A stretch of DNA of 64,000 nt from a virus: IMG/VR virus record IMGVR_UViG_3300022602_000028. One strand, written 5' to 3'. The notes beneath the pieces were generated by a model that saw only the letters and a list, made by a program, of their open reading frames with translations, made no database searches and was not told where the DNA came from. Made by a program: the position numbers and the translations under genes. Shown here piece by piece: positions 9,268-18,500 of the stretch. Numbering within the stretch: the stretch's first letter is position 1; the number at the start of each line of letters is the position of its first letter.

Positions 9268-10191
9268 ATGAAAAAAGTTGTGTTTATTAACGGCGGAGCT
9301 GGTAGAGTTATAGCAAGTATTCCCGCCTTAGAAGAAGCAAACAAGCGAGGATTGCTTGCTGGTATTGTTTGCGAAGGCGGCTTAGAGATTTTTTTAGGGC
9401 ATCCTACACTACAAAAAATAGCCTTTGATGTAAATCATAAAGGTATTTTTGAAAATCTTATTAAAGATAACGAATGTGTTTCGACAGAACCGTATAGAGA
9501 TCACGAATATTATAATCAACGTAGCAGTTTGCAACAAAGTTTCTGGTGGGAAATACTAGCAGAACGTACTGATCAAAATCGTAAACCAACATTAGTCCTG
9601 AGCAAAACTGAGGAAATGAACGCTATTGGTATTATGACACAAGTGCGTCAACAGCATCAAAAAGAAAAAACGATTGTTATCCAGCCGTTTGGTCGCAGTA
9701 GTGTTATGGGCCCAGGTGTTGTATTTGATCCTAGCAGTCGTAGTATTGAACAAACTACGTTTATTGAATTAGTAGGCGAATTAAGCAAAGACTACAATAT
9801 GGTTTACATGGGCGAACATAAGCTAGATGTAATGAATCTCCCTTTATTCCAACCTCAAGATCGTGTTGATCTACGCACATGGGCGGCTGTTATTGAAAGC
9901 GCCGATTATTTTATCGGATGCGATAGTGTGGGACAACATATTGCTTATGCATTTGATAAACCAGGTACAGTAGTTTGTGGTAGTACTTTCCCTATCAACA
10001 CAACATATCCAGAACATTTTAATATTATTGAAAAGAAAGGTGCCGAACGAGTATATAGCCCAATTAGAATCGCTGGATTTGCTAGCGAAGAAGCAGATAG
10101 ACTTAACGATACAATAATGGATTTTAGCAAAGACGAACTAAAACAAGTCATTGCTAGTATTCGAGACCATATCAAGAAGACAACCAAATAA
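9268..10191 (+). CDS. GT9-like glycosyltransferase (ADP-heptose:LPS heptosyltransferase fold)
   Basis: GGAGRVIASIPAL at the N-terminus; ADYFIGCDSVGQHIAYAFDKPGTVVCGST matches the GT9 DSG..HxAxAxxxP motif. Confidence 0.7.
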   Translation: MKKVVFINGGAGRVIASIPALEEANKRGLLAGIVCEGGLEIFLGHPTLQKIAFDVNHKGIFENLIKDNECVSTEPYRDHEYYNQRSSLQQSFWWEILAERTDQNRKPTLVLSKTEEMNAIGIMTQVRQQHQKEKTIVIQPFGRSSVMGPGVVFDPSSRSIEQTTFIELVGELSKDYNMVYMGEHKLDVMNLPLFQPQDRVDLRTWAAVIESADYFIGCDSVGQHIAYAFDKPGTVVCGSTFPINTTYPEHFNIIEKKGAERVYSPIRIAGFASEEADRLNDTIMDFSKDELKQVIASIRDHIKKTTK

Positions 10192-10199
10192 GGAAAACC

Positions 10200-11909
10200 A
10201 TGTATCTTTTAGGAATTAATATCGGGCATAATGGAAGCACAGCCCTTTTTAAAGACAGTGAATTAATATTTTACGTCGAAGAGGAACGTTTAACTAGGCA
10301 AAAATACGATGGTAATCCGTTTGCAGGAATAGATTTAGCATTTACGCATACTGACCATATAGATTTTTTAGTTATTTGTTCTACATCGAATAATTTTCCA
10401 ATTACTCCATGGAGTCAAGAAGATGTATACACTTCTGTAGTTAGGAAAAAACAACCAGGTAGACATTTTCAAACAGTTCCAGCAGGCGACATGCATCATA
10501 TGACACATGCGCTAACTGCATTTTATAATAGTGGATTTGATGATGCGGCAGCTTTGGTCATCGATGGCGCTGGCAGCGGTTGCACTGTAGATGAATTTAA
10601 AACATTAACATGGGAAGTTGAATCTATATGGGACTTGTCTTATCCAGCAAACTGTCGAGCAGTATATAAACAATATGGTGCTAATCATTGCGATAGTTTT
10701 GCATTAGAAGAAGATGATGTGCCTATTGAGATTTCCGACGGCCACGGACTTACTAAAGCCTACGAAGCAGTAACACAGTTTTTAGGGTTTCATCCAATCG
10801 AAGCTGGTAAGACTATGGGTCTCGCGCCTTATGGAAAACCAAACGATTCCATTAAAATTAACGATGGTAGATTTACTAATCGTAGTTTTATTAAACCACG
10901 TTTCCCAGCAGGAAATTTCATCCGTGCCGATTTAGATGCAGAGCTAGCTCAGTTAAATGATAAAAAAGAATGGCATGAAGACGAAAGTCTAGTAGGCGAG
11001 TATAGAAAAGATCTTGCGTATGCTGTACAAAAAGCTGCCGAAGAGAGAGTATTTGGTTTGATCCGCAAGACAATCGAAATGACTGGAAAGAAAAAGATTG
11101 TTATGGCCGGAGGCTTTGGTCTAAATTGTGTGGCTAATTATGAGTATCTTAAAGAATTTCCAGATGTAGAATTTTATCACGAACCTATCAGTCATGATGG
11201 CGGAAATGCAATCGGTGTTTGCCAATACATTTATCGTAGTGTTACAGAAGACATGGTTAAAACTCCATTGACTAGTTTGTATCTCGGACCTGTTGATCCT
11301 AAACAGTATGATGATATCGATTATACTGGGTTTGTAACTAAAGACACTACTGCAACTGAAGTGGCACAACTAATTGCCAATGGTAATATTGTTTGTTTAT
11401 ATCAAGGACGTAGCGAAGCTGGTCCCCGAGCATTAGGTAATAGAAGTATTGTTTACGATCCAACTGTATTGAATGGTAAAGATATTGTTAATGAAGTAAA
11501 ACGCAGAGAGTGGTTTAGACCATTTGCAGGATCTGTACTAGCAGAACATGCTAATGATTGGTTTGATTTCCGATCTCGTAGTGATAGTCCGTTTATGATG
11601 TATGCAGTAGATGTTAAAGAAGATAAGCAAAGTATTATTCCTGCCATCACACACGTAGATGGTACTTGCCGTATTCAAACAGTAACAGCAGAACAAAACC
11701 CTAACTATTATGAATTGATTAGTGAATTTAATAAAATTAAAAATGTTCCTATCTTGTTTAATACAAGTTTTAATCTAGCAGGAGATCCTCTAGTTGAAAC
11801 CGTAAAACAAGCCTTAGAAACACTAGCTAATTCAGATTTAAAATATCTTTGGTTGCCCGAGCTAGGAAAACTAATCAGCAAAAGTGACTTTGAAGAAGTT
11901 AATCAGTAA
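10200..11909 (+). CDS. Carbamoyltransferase, NodU/CmcH/TobZ family, full two-domain
   Basis: HHMTHA, IDGAG, AGGFGLNCVAN (Kae1-like N domain) and EAGPRALGNRS, KRREWFRPFA, HVDGTCRIQTV, NTSFN (YrdC-like C domain). Confidence 0.92.
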   Translation: MYLLGINIGHNGSTALFKDSELIFYVEEERLTRQKYDGNPFAGIDLAFTHTDHIDFLVICSTSNNFPITPWSQEDVYTSVVRKKQPGRHFQTVPAGDMHHMTHALTAFYNSGFDDAAALVIDGAGSGCTVDEFKTLTWEVESIWDLSYPANCRAVYKQYGANHCDSFALEEDDVPIEISDGHGLTKAYEAVTQFLGFHPIEAGKTMGLAPYGKPNDSIKINDGRFTNRSFIKPRFPAGNFIRADLDAELAQLNDKKEWHEDESLVGEYRKDLAYAVQKAAEERVFGLIRKTIEMTGKKKIVMAGGFGLNCVANYEYLKEFPDVEFYHEPISHDGGNAIGVCQYIYRSVTEDMVKTPLTSLYLGPVDPKQYDDIDYTGFVTKDTTATEVAQLIANGNIVCLYQGRSEAGPRALGNRSIVYDPTVLNGKDIVNEVKRREWFRPFAGSVLAEHANDWFDFRSRSDSPFMMYAVDVKEDKQSIIPAITHVDGTCRIQTVTAEQNPNYYELISEFNKIKNVPILFNTSFNLAGDPLVETVKQALETLANSDLKYLWLPELGKLISKSDFEEVNQ

Positions 11910-12477
11910 ACAAGTCGTTATTTAGATCGCCTTCGATCAAATAATTGTAATTTAGCGTAACTCTCCAATCGGATAACTCTGTTGGAGAGTTTGCTTTATG
12001 CATATAGCAAGCTGGAAATACTACGATCCTGCCAGCTTTAGGTTCGACAGAAGCCGCTATTGATCCATCTCCGTGATAAAATTCAGTGGCTCCTGTGCTG
12101 TCATATACATAATATAACATTGCCCACATATTAGGTTTAGGACTATCATTATGTAAACTTGCCACATTTCCAGTATTCATGCCGTTTACTCGAATACGTG
12201 TTAAGTCTCTGAGAACAGCAGTCGAATCGATAGTTTTAAGAACATGTTTCATAAAATACTCATTAAGAGTACGTACAAATTCAGGATTACCGTGATACCA
12301 ACCACCTTGCCTGTTGTCAAATAACATTGCACCAAACAACCATCCTAGTTCAGGTTTTGCAGTATCGCCATAGTGGAACGGATAATATCTATAGTTTGAA
12401 AAGTCTGTTTTTCCGTATTCTACTAACCATTCTTGTATATCGTCTAAAACGATAATTTTATCAAGATTAATTTTCAT
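11899..12477 (-). CDS. 2OG-Fe(II) oxygenase
   Basis: SLHND (HxD), MLYYV, GATEF, HKANSP, WRVTLNYN. Confidence 0.8.
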   Translation of the reverse strand: MKINLDKIIVLDDIQEWLVEYGKTDFSNYRYYPFHYGDTAKPELGWLFGAMLFDNRQGGWYHGNPEFVRTLNEYFMKHVLKTIDSTAVLRDLTRIRVNGMNTGNVASLHNDSPKPNMWAMLYYVYDSTGATEFYHGDGSIAASVEPKAGRIVVFPACYMHKANSPTELSDWRVTLNYNYLIEGDLNNDLFTD

Positions 12478-13052
12478 AGAGATTCTGCAAATTCCAATAG
12501 ACTAGAAAATTCTTGTGCTTTTACATTGTTGGTTAGTTCAAATGCTTTAGTTTTAAGAACACTTCCTGCAGGTTTAATTAGAACAGGAGTAGCTTTGACT
12601 TTTAATGCGGCTTTGACATCGTTTAAATCCGCACCAATGTAATAGCTTTCTTCCCATACTACCATATTTTCATTTTGCGCACGTTCAAACATGCCCGGAT
12701 TAGGTTTTACAAACGGGTCAGTCTTATCTGTACTTGGTGCATAATATGCATTTTTAATTCTTGCACCTACTGAATCTGCGATTTCTTTTGTAGCACCTAA
12801 GATATTTTCAAAATCAACTATTTCTAAATTCTTAGTCTTGTTTGGTGGCTGTCCTGCAATAATTAAGAAATCATAACCCTTTCTAGTTAAAATGCCCAGG
12901 GCAGTTTCTACACCTTCAGCTATTGAAAGTTTGTTACCCGGAGTAAAAGGAGTAGTATTATTGTAAATTACTCCAAATAGCGTTAATCCTATTACTTTTC
13001 TACTGGCTTGCATTTGCCAAATTTCTTTAAAATACTCAGTATACCGACCCAT
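12474..13052 (-). CDS. GmhB/HisB-N-like HAD-fold protein with degenerate catalytic motif
   Basis: AEGVETALGILTRKGYDFLII, YYAP, FVKPNPGMF, YIGADLNDVKAA follow the GmhB pattern, but motif I DxDG reads TLFG. Confidence 0.7.
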   Translation of the reverse strand: MGRYTEYFKEIWQMQASRKVIGLTLFGVIYNNTTPFTPGNKLSIAEGVETALGILTRKGYDFLIIAGQPPNKTKNLEIVDFENILGATKEIADSVGARIKNAYYAPSTDKTDPFVKPNPGMFERAQNENMVVWEESYYIGADLNDVKAALKVKATPVLIKPAGSVLKTKAFELTNNVKAQEFSSLLEFAESL

Positions 13053-13145
13053 ACAAAACTCCTCGTGTTACAGTAATTTAGCATATTTTTCAGCCCGCGA
13101 CAATAATATTGACTATGAATAAATACACAGTACTGATGAGACTAT

Positions 13146-14180
13146 ATGAACTTCACTGATTTCTTCACAAGAGGGTTTTCAAACACTCTTAAATTCAAAA
13201 ATCAAGCAAACTTCTCCTTTAGAGGAACTGCTGTTACTGTAACCGCCAACACGGTGATCGATAGTTGGAACTTACAAGATTTTAGTAGTGCAACTTACGA
13301 AATTGTGATGGAGTACGGCACTGACGATGTAGAACACGTTAATATTATAGCTAGTGCTCGCGCAAATCAAGCAAGCGTAACGGTATTTGGAAGAACAAAT
13401 TTAGGTCGAGACTTGGTGCAATTTACAGCTACAGTAGACAACAATGTAGTTAAAATTATTGCAAATCCATTTTATGCCACTGATACTGTAACTCCATTGG
13501 CAGGAATTAAAGTTATCTACAAAGCTACATACAGCGAACGAGTGCTAAAATTAAGCGTTCCGCAAACAGTAGGCGAAACAAGCTCTCTCGGTGGAGCTCA
13601 AGGTTTACAATTAAACTGGAATAATAGTAATTTACCTAATGGATTTTTATCGATAACAGAATCTGGGCTTATTGAAATTGGAGCAATTACAAACGTAGCA
13701 GTGCCCGGTCAAACTACGTTGTCAGCGGCTTTTATTCTCGACAGCTTGGCAATTACAAATAGTGATAATTCGATATCGCTAACAACAGATTCTATAGGGC
13801 GAATTTTATCATTTACAGCTAGCAATTATCCTAGTATAGGAGTTACTGGTGCATTTACTAGTAGCCTTTCAGGCACTACTAATACTATAGATCGAACAAC
13901 TATTGGATCTATTGCTCCAACATACGGACAATTTACTGTGTTAGGATCAACGGGTGCTACAACATTCTCAGGAAATACAATCATTAGACCAACTGGAACT
14001 GGAACAGTGACAATGTCATCAGCAACAACTGGTAGCATGGATAATGTGTTGATAGGATCAGTAACACCTGCAAGCGGAAGATTTTCAAATTTAACTCTTA
14101 ATACAGAAACACAAGTTGGTAATAATCTTATTAATCTTAATGCTGTTAAAAAAATACTATTGCTAGGAGCAATTAAATGA
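13146..14180 (+). CDS. Virion structural/fibre-like protein
   Basis: Thr/Ser-rich with two IGxxxPxxGxFxxL repeats; TAAATA upstream near 13120. Confidence 0.6.
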   Translation: MNFTDFFTRGFSNTLKFKNQANFSFRGTAVTVTANTVIDSWNLQDFSSATYEIVMEYGTDDVEHVNIIASARANQASVTVFGRTNLGRDLVQFTATVDNNVVKIIANPFYATDTVTPLAGIKVIYKATYSERVLKLSVPQTVGETSSLGGAQGLQLNWNNSNLPNGFLSITESGLIEIGAITNVAVPGQTTLSAAFILDSLAITNSDNSISLTTDSIGRILSFTASNYPSIGVTGAFTSSLSGTTNTIDRTTIGSIAPTYGQFTVLGSTGATTFSGNTIIRPTGTGTVTMSSATTGSMDNVLIGSVTPASGRFSNLTLNTETQVGNNLINLNAVKKILLLGAIK

Positions 14181-14701
14181 GTGCATATACATACATAGCA
14201 GTTTCAGGACAAAATACAATTGGTCTGAACGCAACAACAAACACGTTAACACTGGTTGGCGGAAACGGCATAGTTCTTACTACTAATTCTTCAACAAATA
14301 CTGTTAATATTGCAGTGAGCCCAACGTTAAGTTTGTCTACTTTAAATGTTACTAATACGTTAAACATTAATCCTTCAACCGCTGGCACATTGGATAATAT
14401 TACTATTGGTAGCATTACTCCTCGCCCTGCAACATTTACCACATTAACCGCAACTGCAACTACAACTATATCTCCTGCTAATTTTCCAGTAACCATTAGT
14501 CCTACTGGTTCAGGATCAATAATTATTAATCCTGCAACTACTGGAACGTTAGACAACGTTGCTATTGGAGCAACTACTGCGGCCGCTGGAACATTTACCA
14601 CTGTAAGTATAACTAGTACACAACAATTTGCCAGCAATAGTGCAGTGACTAAAAACTTTGCCACAGCACTTGCGGCAGCTTATGGCATAGCGATGGCTTA
14701 A
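14177..14701 (+). CDS. Fibre-like structural protein
   Basis: Two LDNxxIGxxTPxxxTFTT repeats; ATGA overlap with the upstream gene. Confidence 0.6.
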   Translation: MSAYTYIAVSGQNTIGLNATTNTLTLVGGNGIVLTTNSSTNTVNIAVSPTLSLSTLNVTNTLNINPSTAGTLDNITIGSITPRPATFTTLTATATTTISPANFPVTISPTGSGSIIINPATTGTLDNVAIGATTAAAGTFTTVSITSTQQFASNSAVTKNFATALAAAYGIAMA

Positions 14702-14702
14702 T

Positions 14703-15473
14703 ATGAGTTCAGTAACTAAATTATTTCGTAGTCAAAATGGATTTACTAGTCCATATTTTGTAGTAGATTCTAATGGAAATTTAATTGCCAGTAGTCTTGT
14801 AGTTACTGGTAATAGGATTGAAATCAGTGCAGGTTGTTATATAAGCTATAACGGAAGACCTTTATTAACTAATACTAGTTTATCTAGTAGCGTAGTTAAT
14901 ATTCCGGGAACACTAACTAGTTTAACAGTAGGTGGTATAACTACTCTTACAGGGGCATTGACAGCAAGCGGTGGAGTTATTTCGGTAACAGGCACTGCCG
15001 GGAGCACATTAGATAATGTAACTATTGGTTCAGTTACTCCGGCTGCCGCAACATTTACAGCCCTAACAACTACTGGAAATACATCATTTGGCGGTACTAG
15101 TTCGTTTACAATTAATAATACTGGATCTGTTACTATTAGTCCTACAGGAACTATAACACTAGGTACTCCTGGACAAATTAAGATCCTAGCAGGTAATATT
15201 CAGGCGATTACTCAAAATCAAACAATTAATTTCAGCCCAACTGGTACAGGAAATGTTGTAATTAACCCAACTGGATTAGGTTCCGTAGACAATATGACTA
15301 TAGGTTTAACAACTCCTGCCGCTGGTCAAATGACAACATTAACACTAACAGCTAATAACGAGTCTTACTGGAACGCTGTTAGTAACCCCACTAACCCTAG
15401 AAGTCAAGCAACTACTAAAAGATACGCAGAACAAGCCGCATGGGCCATAGGATTCTTCACAAGATCAATCTAA
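14703..15473 (+). CDS. Fibre-like structural protein
   Basis: LDNVTIGSVTPAAATFTAL and VDNMTIGLTTPAAGQMTTL repeats; C-terminal ATTKRYAE. Confidence 0.6.
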   Translation: MSSVTKLFRSQNGFTSPYFVVDSNGNLIASSLVVTGNRIEISAGCYISYNGRPLLTNTSLSSSVVNIPGTLTSLTVGGITTLTGALTASGGVISVTGTAGSTLDNVTIGSVTPAAATFTALTTTGNTSFGGTSSFTINNTGSVTISPTGTITLGTPGQIKILAGNIQAITQNQTINFSPTGTGNVVINPTGLGSVDNMTIGLTTPAAGQMTTLTLTANNESYWNAVSNPTNPRSQATTKRYAEQAAWAIGFFTRSI

Positions 15474-15519
15474 TGCCCAATGCAATGATAAATAATACTA
15501 GATAATCGGAGAGCAATAA

Positions 15520-18500
15520 ATGGCCAAAAGTCAGATTAGACAATACGTTTTTACACCAGGGGCAGCCGGTGTAGGCACAATTCAGGTACCTGGAAAAGTT
15601 GACCTTCAACAACTTTTGGTAATTACCAATACTACAAGAAACGTTATACTTTATAACTTTGCTGATGTAACCTATGCAGGTACAACAGTTGCAATAACTC
15701 GTGCAAACGATATTACTAACTGGTTTAATACATTAGATAACACCGACGGTATTACAACTATTACCCTGCCTGTTAGCACAGTGGGTCAAAGTAGTACAGA
15801 TACATTGCAAATTTTCTTCGAAAAACCAGAACTAATTACTCGTCCATGGGATATGGGTACCGATGGCTTTGAACGTACTCGTGTAAGTCCTCCGCAAAGT
15901 ATGATTGACGCTGACTTTGAGTATGGTATTCAGCCTACCAAGTGGTTAACAATCAGTCAAGAACGCGGTTATCCAAGCATTTATGAAATTCCAGGAACAG
16001 ATACTACTGTAAGTGCAATTATTACAGATGCTAGTATTGGTACAGGCGGCGCCGCCACATCACAAAGTTTAATTACAGTAACTACGGTAGCCGCTCACGG
16101 ATTAAGTATAGGTAATGCTATCACTTTGGCAGGATTAGATTCTAGTATTACTGGTTTTGAACGTGCCCAAGGATCATTTGTTGTTTATGCTGTGCCTAGT
16201 GCAACAAGTTTTACATTTTATGCTAAAGGCAAAGTAGGTTATAGCAACGGTGATAGTTTATACACTGTGGCTGCACAATTACGTTTAGGTGGATTTTACA
16301 CAGGATCTAACATTAATGCAGTTATCAATGCTACAGCGTTAGCCACAACTAGTTCTGGTAACTATGTAACATTAACTACCACAACTGGTATGACTGCCGG
16401 TTCAAGTATTGTTTTTAATACAATAAGAACAAATGCAGTAGCTACTAACAGCGTTACACAAATTATTACATTAGGTACAAACATTGGTATGCAACCAGGT
16501 ATGCCATTATCATTTAGTGGTACAAGTTTTGGCGGTATTGCAACAGGTACAACTTATTATGTGGTCAGTATCCAACCAGGTGCTACACAAGATAACGTTA
16601 GTATCACAATGAGTATTAACCCAAGTTTAACACCAGTATTCATTCCAACAGTAACAACAACTGGCGGTAACATGAACGTAGTTGGTGGTGCAAATTTTGG
16701 TAACTTAGTAGCTGGCACACAATACTATATTGGTACTGTAGCTAACAGTACTCAAGTTACAGTCAGTAACAACGTTTTGTTTACAACAACAATTAACGCA
16801 ACTAGTGCTGTAAACAACAGTGTAAGTTTAGGAACTACTACTAACATTACAGTAGGCGAGTTATTTACTGTTACTAGTGGATCAACAATTGGTAACTTAG
16901 CTCAGGGTACTTATTATGTTGTTAGTATTTTAGACGGTTCAAACGTAACAATTAGTAGCAGTAGTACATTATCTCCAGTGTTCACACAAACAACTGCATA
17001 TGGTTCTATGACAGTGTCATTAGGACAAGTATTAGCATTAACTACTGTAACAGCAGGTAACGGTTATTTGTCAGCGATCAGCACAGGTCAACCAACATTT
17101 ACCTACAGTAATACTGCATCAAGTCCTAGTGCTAACTTTACAGCATCATTGACCAGTGGATCAACTGGTCAGCTTGTAGTTACAGCAGTGGCTAGCGGTG
17201 CATTAGCAATTGGCCAAGGTATTCAAACTACTGGACAAACAGTTCCTAGCGGTTGCGTAATTACAGCACAAGTTAGCGGTACTGCTGGACAAGCAGGTAC
17301 ATATACTGTAAACGTTACTAACGGAAGTGTTAGTTCAACTAACACATTTTATAGTGTATCAGTAGCTCCTACAATTACTGTAAACACCTATGTTAATCAT
17401 GGATTTGTACCAGGACAAACTATTAACGTAGTTGTTACAAGTGATAATGGTACAAACAATCATACACTAGCACAAGGTCCGTACTACGTTGAAAACGTTA
17501 CAAGTTTAACAACATTCACGTATACTGCTCGCGGTATTGGTACAATACAGCCAACTACAACTATTATTGGATCGTTATATGCTCGCGTTGATAGTTTTTT
17601 CCAACATAGACCATTCGATGGCGGCGTACAACTAGGAACAGGAAACCCTGCACACGGATTGCAAGCAATTCGTATGAGTAAAAAGTATATTCGTTATCAA
17701 TCTGGTAAAGGTATTAACTTTAATACTGGATTGTTAATGGCTCCAAATTACTTTGTACGTAGCGTTACTGCCAACGGTACAGCAATTGGATCAGTAATTA
17801 CTATTGTAACAGACGATGTGGATCATGGTTGTCAAATTGGTGCTCGTGTAAGTTTACAAGGTGTATTGACTTTGGGTTTTAATGGAACTTATACTGTAAC
17901 TGGTATTGTAGATGAACGTACACTACAAGTAATAGCCTTTCAAACACTAGGTGCAATCAGCCCAACGACAGGTGCAAGTATCCAAGATCCTTGTTTATTA
18001 AGTTTTGTCGGTTGGACAGGCGCAACTGTTCGATCAGGTACATATGATGAACAAAACGGTGTATTCTTTGAATTTGACGGCTCACAAGCGTATGTGGTTA
18101 AACGTGCTAGTACATTCCAATTAGCTGGTACTGTTAGCGTAGTTGCTGGTAGCGGTCAAGTTATTGGTATTAATTCACGTTTTGCTACACAATTAGTAGC
18201 AGGCGATCGCGTTGTTATGCGCGGTATGACACACGTTGTTACTCAAGTTGTTAGCCCTACTTTAATGTATGTTAATCCACAGTGGCGCGGCGCAACAAGT
18301 ATAAACGGTATTAAAATTACAAAAACTATCGACTATAAAATTCCTCAATCACAGTGGAATAAGGATCGATTTGACGGTACTAGCAGTCCATTTAATCCAA
18401 GTGGATATTTAATGACACCATCTAAAATGCAGATGGTGGGTATGCAATGGACATGGTACGGTGCTGGATCTATTGACTGGATGATGCGTGGTGATGATGG

